Origin: Terriglobia bacterium
GTDB lineage: Bacteria; Acidobacteriota; Terriglobia; 20CM-2-55-15
Length of the DNA stretch: 64,000 bases
Direction: 5' to 3'
NCBI GenBank assembly: GCA_965218585.1
Contig: CBDCLE010000001.1
Location: 64,001 to 128,000, forward strand
How positions within the stretch are numbered: position 1 is the stretch's first letter; the number at the start of each line of letters is the position of its first letter. The notes under the pieces are model-generated. The model saw only the letters and a program-made list of their open reading frames with translations. It had not been told where the DNA came from and did no database searches. Shown here piece by piece: positions 1 through 9,353 of this stretch. Position numbers and translations under genes: made by a program.

Positions 1-333
1 CGAGCCGTGGAGTACAGCATTGACGAGGAAAACATGGAGGTGTCTGAGATATGGTCTTATGGGGACCCGGAAGACGAAAAGTTCTTCGCGAGGTTTGTGG
101 GGGATGCGGATTGGATGCCACAGATGGGTAACGTCCTAATCAATTACGGGGGGCTGGTTTCAGATGCGGAAGGGAACCCTGTTGAAACCGGACCTGGCCA
201 CATGCGGGTGCGAGTTGTGGAGGTTACACACGATACTCCGGCGGAGAAGGTTTTTGAGCTTTTCATAGATGATGAACGACCCGCAGGCTGGAACATGTTT
301 CGAGCTGCACGGCTTCCCAGCCTCTACCCATAG
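1..333 (+). CDS. arylsulfotransferase (ASST)-like protein, C-terminal part (5' end outside window)
   Basis: Open frame from the window edge; EYSIDEENMEVSEIWSYG...GDADWMPQMGNVLINYG resembles ASST beta-propeller C-termini. Confidence 0.65.
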   Translation, partial: RAVEYSIDEENMEVSEIWSYGDPEDEKFFARFVGDADWMPQMGNVLINYGGLVSDAEGNPVETGPGHMRVRVVEVTHDTPAEKVFELFIDDERPAGWNMFRAARLPSLYP

Positions 334-373
334 GAGATGTCGTGCCCTCTCGCAAGGCACAATGAAGGAGTAA

Positions 374-727
374 GTGATGCATTCATATACCTGGCAATCA
401 ATTTCCCCGGAGCGACTGAGTGACGACATTTCACGCCAGATGATCGCTGGTGAAAACGAGATGGTCGTGCGCTGGGAGTTCAAGAAGGGCGGATTTGCGG
501 CCCGTCACAGGCATCCGAACGAGCAAATCGTAATGATGGTAAGCGGTCGCCTGAGGCTGGGAGTCGGAGATGAAGAAATGGTCTTGGGCCTGGGTGACAT
601 CGTGGTCGTTCCGCCTAACGTACCGCACGAAGCAGAGGCACTTGAAGACACGGTGGTGATCGATCTTTTCAGTCCGCCCCGCGAGGATTTTCTCTCAGGC
701 GAAGCGCCAGCTTACATGAAGCAGTGA
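374..727 (+). CDS. cupin domain protein
   Basis: HRHPNEQ and PPNVPHEA cupin motifs; AAGGAG RBS upstream. Confidence 0.9.
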   Translation: MMHSYTWQSISPERLSDDISRQMIAGENEMVVRWEFKKGGFAARHRHPNEQIVMMVSGRLRLGVGDEEMVLGLGDIVVVPPNVPHEAEALEDTVVIDLFSPPREDFLSGEAPAYMKQ

Positions 728-885
728 CGACCGGCTGCCGCACTTGAACAGGCAGCATCATTCTCTCACTGTGGGTGTTAAGTCCTCGGAAACCTTCTTG
801 TAGAAGTGCGCCCCTTCGATCGGACACTCTTCATAAAATATAAGTCACATCGATAAGACCGGGTTTTACCTGACAGGGTGACAGT

Positions 886-1596
886 TCATAGCGGTCTGTT
901 CGGGTTGGTTATGGTGCGCCACATAAAGCTGCTCGGCGAGTCATCCCAGCCCAGGCCCTCTTTCGGCTGTCTGAAGTGGCGGCCGATGATGTCGAGGAAG
1001 GGCTCGATCGTTGGTACGGCTTCCGGATCGAAGCTGTAGTCGTCGTTCGCGACGATCTGCATCGCGTGATCGTACCATCGGTGGTTCTTGACGAACTCGT
1101 ATTCGGTTTGGATGTAAGGTTCCGGAACGTACTTCGGGCCGAAGAGCTCCTTGTACACCTCGGGGTATTCATAACCGTAGTCGGGAGCTGGATAAAAGCG
1201 AAGTGACTGATGATAGCGGACCGAAAAGGCAACTCTGTCCGATACATACGGTCGATATAAGGCTTCGGCCCAGAAACCGTGGTCCGGTCTCTTCAATACT
1301 ATTCCGGTATCATGAATCAGGCATGCAAAAACCGCCTCTTCCGGTGCACCATTGGCGAGTGCTCGTGTGGCGCTCTGCAAGCAATGGTTGCTGGCGGCGC
1401 CGAACCGCAGCTTGAAGAAATCGCTCAGGGTCGGCTCGGCGGGCATCGGAGACAATTCCTGATCCGTGGCCGCGGTCGTCTCCACCGGAGCGAGTTGTCG
1501 GATCCTTTCTTCATCAAGCCGCTCGGCAGCTTCGGACCCGGAGTCTGGGCGATTCTCATTTTGCTCCGCGGTTTTGCGCAGCTTGTTTCTCTCCAT
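886..1596 (-). CDS. HD-domain metalloprotein (PhnZ/MIOX-like)
   Basis: NHCLQSA...LIHDTG...DHG...YHQ...NDD ligand pattern. Confidence 0.75.
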   Translation of the reverse strand: MERNKLRKTAEQNENRPDSGSEAAERLDEERIRQLAPVETTAATDQELSPMPAEPTLSDFFKLRFGAASNHCLQSATRALANGAPEEAVFACLIHDTGIVLKRPDHGFWAEALYRPYVSDRVAFSVRYHQSLRFYPAPDYGYEYPEVYKELFGPKYVPEPYIQTEYEFVKNHRWYDHAMQIVANDDYSFDPEAVPTIEPFLDIIGRHFRQPKEGLGWDDSPSSFMWRTITNPNRPL

Positions 1597-1710
1597 GCAG
1601 CTAGTCTGGGCACCCGACTATTGGGGTGTCAAGTCTTAGCGGCCTGTTCCATTCATTTTGTCGGAAGCTGAGATTTCGATGCACCTGTCCGGCCTCAGGA
1701 TGACACGGAC

Positions 1711-4335
1711 CTACTCGCTGCTAAGCGCATCGAGCGGGTTTATCGCCGAGGCTCGCCTCGCGGGAAGGTAAGCCGCTAAGGCGCTGGTAGCCACGAGACT
1801 GGAAACGACAATCAGATATCTGATCGGATCTGCGCCCGCGACGCCGAACAGGAGCGATTGCAGGTAACGCTCCAACATGATTGCGCCAAGGACGCCGACG
1901 AGGAACCCCGGGATGACTGTCTTGAGGGCTTCTCCGAGCATCTGTCGCTGAATCACGGTTGGCTGCGCACCAAAGGTGAGTCGAATTCCGATCTCGCTCG
2001 TTCTTGATGCAACCACGTAGGACACCATTCCGTACACGCCGAAGCAGGCCAACAGCACGGCAAGCGCGCCGAACAACCCACTGAGGCGAGCCAAGAGAAT
2101 GTCTCGAGTTAGCGTTCGATCGAGCGATGCATCCAGTGTTTCAACGCGACCCGGTCGAAGCCGCGAATCGACGTCCAGAATCGCCTGGCGAACGACAGGC
2201 ATCATCGCGCCCACAGCACCGTTGGTCTTAAGTTGTATGTGGTTGAACCGGGCCGGAAACTGTTCGAGCGGCAAGTATGCCAGAGGGACTGGCGCCTCTC
2301 GGAAGTCGTTGTACTTGGAGTCCCTCGCGACTCCGACGATCTGGATCGAGTTCACGGCATCGAATGAGAACCAGAAACGACTTCCCACAGCGCTTTTGCC
2401 GGAAAAATACATGCGCGCAAACTCTTCGTTGACCACGGCCACACGCGGGCTGTTGGGCCGGTCGTCCTCAGAAAAGCCACGCCCTGTGACGAGGGGAACG
2501 CCGAGGGTTTCCAGGAAACTCTTGGAAACCTGATTTATTCGAACGGTTTCCTCTTGTTGCTCACGGCCTTCGACGACCACGTTGCTGGTGCGGCTTGCAC
2601 CGGTGAGAAACCCCGTTGCGGCGACGCTTGCCGAACTGACACCAGGCAACCCCGAGATCCTGCCGACTAACCGCTCGGCCAGGGCGACATACTGGGTGTT
2701 CGTTTCATATCCAAGAGTCCTCAGATTGACGGTCGCTGTGATTACATCCTCCCGGTCAAATCCCGGTTCCACTGTATAGAGCTGATACAGGCTCTGTCCG
2801 AACAGAAACGCGCCTGCCGCAAGGACTATAGATAAAGCGGCCTGCATTGCGACGCATGAGCGGTTCAACAGTTGCTGCGATCGTGAACTGGTAACGCTTC
2901 GGGATGCGCTCTTCAGAATCGATTCGATCGAAGATTCGGAGGCACGCAACGCCGGAATCAGTCCAAAGAGAATTGCTGAGGTCAGGGAAACAGCCATCGT
3001 GAACAGCAAGACGTTACGATCCAGCACAAAGTCGATCGTCGCGACGTTGTCTGGCGTAAGCATGGCAACCAATCCTCGCCCGGCGAGAACGGCAAAGGCC
3101 AGACCGAGCGCTCCACCGCAAACCGCCAGTAACGAGCTTTCGACCAGCAATTGCCGAATCATTCGAAGTCGGCCACAACCCAGCGCCTGCCGTACCGCGA
3201 TTTCGCGTCGCCTGGCTCCCGCGCGCGCCAACAGTAGGCTGGCCACGTTCGCACAGGCAAGCAACAGCAGCATCCCGACTGCTCCCATCAGAATCCGTAA
3301 CGGCGTGTCGTACTGGCTCTGCAAGGTGCCGAAACCCCTGTTCCCTGGTTCCAGCTGAAGCAAGTTGATCGAGTCAGGAGTTTGATCTTCGAGGATCTGA
3401 CGGTAGACGACGGTGACTTCCGCCTGTGCCTGCCCGATAGAGTGTCCCGGGCTGAGCCGACCCATGAGACGGAGCCACGTCCGACCTGGGTTCCTGCGGA
3501 CATCTCCTCCCGGTATGGCGATCGGTTGCAGGTTCAGTGGTACCCAAAAGTCTCCGCCCAGACCGCGGAACTCCTCCGGAGAGATTCCGATCACTGTAAG
3601 AGGGTTTCCGAACAGAAAGACTCTCCTGCCAATCACATTCGGATCTCCTCCGAACTGCCTTTGCCAGAAGTCGAAACTTAACACCATTACGGGATTCGGT
3701 TCTTCGAATCGGTCATCATTCTTGGTGAAGACCCGCCCCAGAACCGCCGAGATCCCAAGCGTTTCGAAAAAGTTCCCACTCACGATGGTGCCGTTCACGC
3801 CATCGATCTTTTCGACATTGGTCAAGTCGAGCTTCAATTCCGGATTCGGGACTCCCCCGAAGGCAAACACGTTACTTAAAGCTGCCTGCCTGCTACGAAA
3901 ATCTTCAAACAAAGGTGTGGACCACTCGTTCCGGCTCCGTAGATCGTCGACCCGGTTCAAAAGTACCAACTGACCTGGCTCCTGGACTGGAAGCTCGCGG
4001 ATGAAGACAGCGTTGACCAGACTGAAGATCGCTGTGTTGGCCCCGATACCCAGCGCCAGAATCAGGACGATCATAGCGGTCGATACGGGAGTGCGGAGAA
4101 GGACGCGACTCCCATGACGCACATCGCGCCAAAGGTCTTCGATCCTCGTAAACGACCAGACTTCACGGCAGGTCTCCCGAATCGATGTCACGTTCCCAAA
4201 CCTGGCCTGGTCCGACTCATTCGCCTGACGCATCTCCATGTGATGAGCCAGTTCGTCGTTCAGGTCTTGGTCCAGCTGGCGTCGATTGAACAGGGACCGC
4301 AGCCGCAGACGGAAGGATCGGATGATTGCTCTCAC
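1711..4335 (-). CDS. MacB/FtsX-like duplicated ABC permease (acidobacterial ADOP type)
   Basis: 874 aa; LALGIGANTAIFS, LLLACANVASLLLAR and EIGIR motifs in two MacB_PCD/FtsX halves; directly follows PadR. Confidence 0.92.
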   Translation of the reverse strand: MRAIIRSFRLRLRSLFNRRQLDQDLNDELAHHMEMRQANESDQARFGNVTSIRETCREVWSFTRIEDLWRDVRHGSRVLLRTPVSTAMIVLILALGIGANTAIFSLVNAVFIRELPVQEPGQLVLLNRVDDLRSRNEWSTPLFEDFRSRQAALSNVFAFGGVPNPELKLDLTNVEKIDGVNGTIVSGNFFETLGISAVLGRVFTKNDDRFEEPNPVMVLSFDFWQRQFGGDPNVIGRRVFLFGNPLTVIGISPEEFRGLGGDFWVPLNLQPIAIPGGDVRRNPGRTWLRLMGRLSPGHSIGQAQAEVTVVYRQILEDQTPDSINLLQLEPGNRGFGTLQSQYDTPLRILMGAVGMLLLLACANVASLLLARAGARRREIAVRQALGCGRLRMIRQLLVESSLLAVCGGALGLAFAVLAGRGLVAMLTPDNVATIDFVLDRNVLLFTMAVSLTSAILFGLIPALRASESSIESILKSASRSVTSSRSQQLLNRSCVAMQAALSIVLAAGAFLFGQSLYQLYTVEPGFDREDVITATVNLRTLGYETNTQYVALAERLVGRISGLPGVSSASVAATGFLTGASRTSNVVVEGREQQEETVRINQVSKSFLETLGVPLVTGRGFSEDDRPNSPRVAVVNEEFARMYFSGKSAVGSRFWFSFDAVNSIQIVGVARDSKYNDFREAPVPLAYLPLEQFPARFNHIQLKTNGAVGAMMPVVRQAILDVDSRLRPGRVETLDASLDRTLTRDILLARLSGLFGALAVLLACFGVYGMVSYVVASRTSEIGIRLTFGAQPTVIQRQMLGEALKTVIPGFLVGVLGAIMLERYLQSLLFGVAGADPIRYLIVVSSLVATSALAAYLPARRASAINPLDALSSE

Positions 4336-4346
4336 TGGATCGTCCC

Positions 4347-4688
4347 TTACGTGCTTTCAAGCACACGCATCATGGCAGCGGTCAGACGCTGCCATTGTTT
4401 GTGTTCAGCGGCGAGTTGTCGGCGACCAGCCCGAGTCAGCCGATAGAATTTCACGCGGCGCTTGGTGTCGGATACTCCCCAATCGGAATCGAGCATGCCT
4501 CCAAGCTCCAACCGATGCAACGCTGGGTACAGTGCTCCTTCCTCCACCTGAAGCGTTTCTCTGGAGACACTGTGTATCCATTCCGCGATCGCATAGCCGT
4601 GAGCCTTACCACCCGATAGGGCCTTGAGGATCAACATGTCGAGTGTTCCCGGGATGAGGGAACCGGAGCGTTTCGTGTTCTCAAACAT
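4347..4688 (-). CDS. PadR family transcriptional regulator
   Basis: GTLDMLILKAL...HGYAIA...EEGALYPALHRLE; alternative start at 4703. Confidence 0.93.
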   Translation of the reverse strand: MFENTKRSGSLIPGTLDMLILKALSGGKAHGYAIAEWIHSVSRETLQVEEGALYPALHRLELGGMLDSDWGVSDTKRRVKFYRLTRAGRRQLAAEHKQWQRLTAAMMRVLEST

Positions 4689-5274
4689 AATTCTCTTAGG
4701 CATAAATTAATTATGTATAGGAGCAGTGATAATGCAAGGGAAATGAAGGGTAAGCCACTCTCTGACCTCCTTGCCGATTTATGAAACGGCTCAGTATTAC
4801 CGATATCAGACAATGGGTGATCGTTGGGACACTCCTGTCGGGATGACGCAGTCTGAAGAGTCTGATTGCTTCTAGACCTCTCCTTTCGTAGACTTTTCCA
4901 ACATTACCACTGGCCCCACCACTGTGGCTGCCACGATTCTCGGACTGCCTGGAGGATTCATGAAATCGAAACTGACGCTCGTGATTTTTTCGTGTTTATT
5001 GATCAGCACCGTCACGCTTGGCCAGCAGGGTCGGGGACGAGGTGGGGGGCAGCCCGCCCGAGGCCTGATGGACGTCACGGTTGAGGCTATTCCCGGCGTC
5101 GTGGCTGCAGGAGCCGAATGGTCGTCTGTTTGGAGTGGATGGGGCATCGTGGCCGACGGCATTATGGGAACTTCGGACGGCAGCCTGCTTGTTGCCCAGG
5201 AAGATCTGAATACGGTCATGAAGCTCGATACGAACGATCAAGCATCTGTCTTTATAGCGAATACGCGTTCTATG

Positions 5275-5654
5275 GAAGGGGCTGTCAAGAGAAACACGTC
5301 CCCGCCGAGCGGACCACCGGACCCAACACTGTCGTGGCAGCCAGCCCCTGTCTCCGTTGAGACGAACTGTTGATCCGGCATCGCAGAGAAGTCGATCACT
5401 CATCACAACGTGGTGTGGTTTCGAGAAACTGAAAAGCGCAAAGGGGTCGTGATTGCCGACCACGGTTCTATCTGAGCCTCGAGGGCTATCGCTTTTCCAG
5501 GTCGTGCGAGGGGGGATAGAGTATTACATGGGCCTTCAGCAAGCGCTGTGTGCCAACCGCGTATCGGATCCTCACCCTCGACCCTACCGTTCCGACGCCT
5601 CACCGACGACGAGCGGTCGAATGCCTCGCGCTGTCGGCAGAAGTCTGGAAACGG
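5275..5654 (-). ncRNA. putative bridge RNA / seekRNA of the IS110 element (boundaries approximate)
   Basis: Non-coding end carries CGTGGTG (5409-5415) and CGCGTAT (5558-5564) matching the target halves, and GTTCTAT (5465-5471) and GCTAT (5485-5489) matching the donor junction. Confidence 0.6.
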
Positions 5655-6716
5655 CTATGTCGCCAAGTTCAGTTTCTTTGCGTTAAACGTGTCTCCTTTC
5701 TTCCACATCTTCAGTGCGGTCGCTGCAATCTTCCTCGCCAGTGTCAGCCGAGCCATCTCCTTACGCTTGCCGTCTTTCTGGAGCCCCTCCAGGTAGCTTT
5801 TCCAAGGTTCGGCCCCCATGCCTCCGGTCGCCGCCCCGATGAACACATCTTTCAAACGTCGGTTGCCGTTGCGGTTCAGTCCCCGCGTGGCGATCGGCTT
5901 TCGACGACGTACCACACGACTCCCTTCCTGCTCATACTCCGCACTCATGTGCATTGCCACGGCCAGACCGCTGTAGTTCCAGAGCTGGCGTTTGGTTCGA
6001 AATCGATGCGGGGTGTCCCCCGTCGCTACAATCAAGGCGCAACGTATCGGTCCCAACTGGGGAATCGTCTGCAATATCCCCACCGCACGATGCTTGCGGC
6101 TCTCGGTTAACATCGCCAGCTTCGCTTTTTTTCTTAACCCTCTCAGATGATCCAGCTCCTCATACAACCATCCGGTACGCCGCCGTGCACCGGTATTGGC
6201 GAGCTGTTCGATCCAGTGTTCCCGCTGCGATGGGAGGTAGACGCCGTGGCCCGGCGTCCGGATCCCACGTCCTCGATACATTGCCTTGATCCGAACCATC
6301 GTCCGCTGCGTATCCAGGGTCAAGGTCTCATATCCGCGGACCAGTTCTTTCAACGTCCGCGTCGCATCGTGCCCGTGGTAGACCGACCGCAGCCATCCGG
6401 CCCGGAGCAGCTCGGCCAGTTTCAGGGCATCCACCCGGTCGGTCTTGGACCCGTCACTGAGCAGTTTGTTCCGTCTGGGATCACACACGATCACTTCGCT
6501 CACATATCCCCGGACCACGTTGTAGAGCCATTCGGCCTGCGTGGTTTCTTCAAACGTCACGTGCAGCTCACCACTCAGACTCTCCAGCAAATCAATGATT
6601 GGCCCGGCCTGGGTCTCTACGATCTTTTCCCAGACCAGTTTGCCGTCTGCGTTTAAGACCATCACCACCGTCGTTGCCTGGTGCACATCCATGCCGATAT
6701 ACTTGGCCTGTTTCAT
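5655..6716 (-). CDS. IS110 DEDD recombinase/transposase
   Basis: IGMDVH, TFEE and KTDRVDA catalytic motifs; C-terminal IPQLGPI...SGL...HMSA region. Confidence 0.93.
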   Translation of the reverse strand: MKQAKYIGMDVHQATTVVMVLNADGKLVWEKIVETQAGPIIDLLESLSGELHVTFEETTQAEWLYNVVRGYVSEVIVCDPRRNKLLSDGSKTDRVDALKLAELLRAGWLRSVYHGHDATRTLKELVRGYETLTLDTQRTMVRIKAMYRGRGIRTPGHGVYLPSQREHWIEQLANTGARRRTGWLYEELDHLRGLRKKAKLAMLTESRKHRAVGILQTIPQLGPIRCALIVATGDTPHRFRTKRQLWNYSGLAVAMHMSAEYEQEGSRVVRRRKPIATRGLNRNGNRRLKDVFIGAATGGMGAEPWKSYLEGLQKDGKRKEMARLTLARKIAATALKMWKKGDTFNAKKLNLAT

Positions 6717-7490
6717 TTACGTGCTCCTTTGTCTTTGAATTCAACGCAGCTACGTTGAATGGGTTGTTGTCGGGAGATTTTCCTCCTGGCAACAGCCGAC
6801 AAAGGGGCGTCCTTCCTTATAGCGTGGTGGAGGGTCCTTGTCAGCAGACAGGCAGGGTCGGATCCTGGCCGTCCAGAGACTGGTTCCTCGTACGATTGGT
6901 GTTCTTTCTCCTGAGCCTAAGGTTGTGGCGGACACTTTTAATAACGCTCCGGTTGGTGACCTTGGCCGTCTCAACGATCTGGCTGCCGACAGCAGGGGTG
7001 GGGCATATTTTACCGTTGCGGGCGGTGCGTACTATGCAAGTGCGGGCGGCGAGGTTACGCAATTCGGCGAGGATTTGCGTACGAACGGTATCGTTCTAAA
7101 TCGCGATGAGGATGTGCTCTACGTGACTAACCGGGGTGTTGTCGTGGCGTTTGACGTCCAGGTCGATGGTTCTGTCGCCAACCAGCGTGACTTTGCGACA
7201 CTCCAGGACGGAGGTGGTGGAGATGGGATCGCAATCGATGGCGAGGGCCGCCTCTACGTGACCGCAGGCCCTGGAGTCCAGGTGTTCAGTGAGACAGGAG
7301 AGTATCTCGGCGTCATCCCGACACCGAGGAGAGTTATCAGTACGGCCTTCGCCGGAGAGGACAAGAAGACGCTCTACGTTGTCGGCATGGGTTTTCTGAA
7401 CCCCGATGGCAGTGAATATGATGGGATGTCGATGACGATTTTCAAACTTCCCATGATTGCCCAGGGATACCTGGGCCGCGCGAAATAGAA

Positions 7491-7545
7491 TATAACCGGG
7501 TCCGACACCTGTGTCCTATTTAAATAGGTGTCGGACCCGGTTATA
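7491..7545. repeat. perfect 20-bp inverted repeat (REP-like or bidirectional terminator)
   Basis: TATAACCGGGTCCGACACCT...AGGTGTCGGACCCGGTTATA between convergent genes. Confidence 0.8.
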
Positions 7546-7558
7546 GTTTTTCTTGTCG

Positions 7559-9196
7559 TTAGCTCGCCTGCTGGTATTCGATGTAGGATCTGCCCGGTTT
7601 TCCCCACAGCCATCCCTGGCCGTAACGCACACCATAATCCCGCAGGAGTGAGAGATCGTCTCTTGATTCGATCCCCTCGGCGACGATTTCCGCTCCCAGC
7701 GTCTTGGCAACCTCTACCAGTCTGGCGAGAAGACGTCCCTTGTTCGGGTCCCTCGAGGCACCGTCGACATAGGCACGGTCGATTTTGACGACGTCGGGTT
7801 CCAGCATGATCAGGGTTTCCAGGCAACTGCGGCCGAAACCGACATCGTCGATGGAGACTTCAATGCCTTTCTCTTTGAATGCTGCAACGTGTTCGCGCAG
7901 GCACGCGGGATCGCCGATGAATTGCTGCTCGCTGATTTCGATGCAGAAGGTCACACCCTCGTCCGTCGTGGCCAGCAGATCCATAAGCCGTTCGCTGGGA
8001 GTGCCAAGGATTGTCGAAGGGAACAGATTCACGTGTAACTTACCCCTGGGTGTGAGCCGCTTGCTCACGTCGACACATGCCTTGAGACATGAAAGATCGA
8101 CCGAGGCCAGCATGTTGGATTCGAGGGCGATCCGGAAGAAGTCGACAGGCATTTCCAGGGCACCGGCGGGGCCGCGGCTCAGGAGCTCGTGTCCAACGAC
8201 CTCTTCTCCCTGGAGCTCCAATATCGGCTGGGAGACCGCGTGGAAACTCCCCTCTTCAATAGCCGTCGTCAGGTCCAGAAGGCTCCCAACCGTGGGAGTG
8301 GCGATGGTCAGGGTCGGGGCTTGAACGTTGACTTCCTCTTCAGGTTCAGATTCTGTCTTGAGCGCGCTGTGGGCGAGTTCGAGAATCTCCTCTATCGAAC
8401 ACGTTTCCTTGGGAGCCTGTACGACTGCAATGCCCATGTTCACGCTCAGTGGATGTGGGGACAGGGCCAGTGGGGTGCTCCCCACAGCGTGCCGCAGTTT
8501 ATCGGCTACCTGCCGGCCTTCTGCCACGCGTGTATCGGGAAGGAACACGAGAAACTTGTCTCTAGAGATCCTTGCAATCTGGTCTGAGGGGCGCAGCGCA
8601 GTCTGCAATCGCTCTGCAATCGTCTTGAGCAGGACGTCGCCGACCGCATGGCCGAGGTTTTCGATGATTTCCTTCAGATCGTCACATGACAACATGACGG
8701 CAACGAGATTGGACCCGTATCTCCGGTCCCTTTCCAGTTCGTTCCACAGTGCGTTTTCGATTCCACGCCGATTGAGTGTTTCCGTCAATGGATCGGTGGT
8801 GGCCAGTCGCTGCAGCTGCTGATTGGCCTCTTCCAGAGCTGTGCTGAGGCCCTTCATGTTCGCCTCTGCCTCTGCCCGCTGGGTCATGTCCCTGAGCGAA
8901 GCCAGGAACGCAGGTTCGCCGCCCCAGCTGGCTCGTCCGACACGCATCTCAACCTGATGTGTCCCGATCGTCAGCTCTGTGCGGTCTGACGCCATAACAG
9001 GATAGCCGAATACGGTTCCCTTCAGTTCTTCGGCTGAACGGCCGAACATTGATGCAGCGGCTGGATTTGCAAATTGGATCTGGCCTGCGCTGTTGACGCC
9101 GCCGCCGCCATCCGGGCTGGCATCAGTGATCCCACGAAACTCGGATTTCTCCTCAGGTTTCGGGCCGAGGGAGTCTGATCTGAGGTTGTGCGCCAT
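7559..9196 (-). CDS. PAS-GGDEF(degenerate)-EAL c-di-GMP signalling protein
   Basis: PAS (FANPAAASMFG); TDPLT...NRR; GGDEF replaced by SRDKF; EAL domain with ELL, EISE, DDVGFG, KID and EGIE. Confidence 0.9.
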   Translation of the reverse strand: MAHNLRSDSLGPKPEEKSEFRGITDASPDGGGGVNSAGQIQFANPAAASMFGRSAEELKGTVFGYPVMASDRTELTIGTHQVEMRVGRASWGGEPAFLASLRDMTQRAEAEANMKGLSTALEEANQQLQRLATTDPLTETLNRRGIENALWNELERDRRYGSNLVAVMLSCDDLKEIIENLGHAVGDVLLKTIAERLQTALRPSDQIARISRDKFLVFLPDTRVAEGRQVADKLRHAVGSTPLALSPHPLSVNMGIAVVQAPKETCSIEEILELAHSALKTESEPEEEVNVQAPTLTIATPTVGSLLDLTTAIEEGSFHAVSQPILELQGEEVVGHELLSRGPAGALEMPVDFFRIALESNMLASVDLSCLKACVDVSKRLTPRGKLHVNLFPSTILGTPSERLMDLLATTDEGVTFCIEISEQQFIGDPACLREHVAAFKEKGIEVSIDDVGFGRSCLETLIMLEPDVVKIDRAYVDGASRDPNKGRLLARLVEVAKTLGAEIVAEGIESRDDLSLLRDYGVRYGQGWLWGKPGRSYIEYQQAS

Positions 9197-9237
9197 TGTT
9201 TTTCGTTCCCCTGTCTTTTTGTTCTTCTCAATCGCAC

Positions 9238-9265
9238 TTATCGGTCGTTGATGAGGGGATCTGTA
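9238..9265 (-). promoter_or_regulatory. sigma28 (FliA)-like promoter for the EAL gene
   Basis: Minus strand TACA-N16-ACCGATAA about 40 nt upstream of the ATG. Confidence 0.45.
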
Positions 9266-9299
9266 GGGCTAACCCAAGGTATTTGAAATCTTTGGATAG

Positions 9300-9344
9300 G
9301 GGGACAGGTCACTCTTTTTGGCGCAAAAAGAGTGACCTGTCCCC
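9300..9344. repeat. perfect 21-bp inverted repeat (REP-like or terminator)
   Basis: GGGGACAGGTCACTCTTTTTG-gcg-CAAAAAGAGTGACCTGTCCCC just after the USP stop. Confidence 0.8.
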
Positions 9345-9353
9345 ACTTTTAGA

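Larger units (their letters stand above)
5269..6821 (-). mobile_element. IS110 family element, IS1111-like layout (long non-coding end 3' of the transposase)
   Basis: GCGT on both sides (5265-5268, 6822-6825); imperfect subterminal IR (GGAAGG / CCTTCC); about 385 bp non-coding 3' end and about 105 bp 5' end. Confidence 0.88.
4960..7488 (+). pseudogene. exported SMP-30/gluconolactonase family protein interrupted by IS110
   Basis: GGAGG RBS and signal peptide at 4960; removing the IS restores ...FIANTR|GGGSLSADRQG in frame; C-half has NDLAAD, NGIVL and GDGIAIDGEG motifs. Confidence 0.88.
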
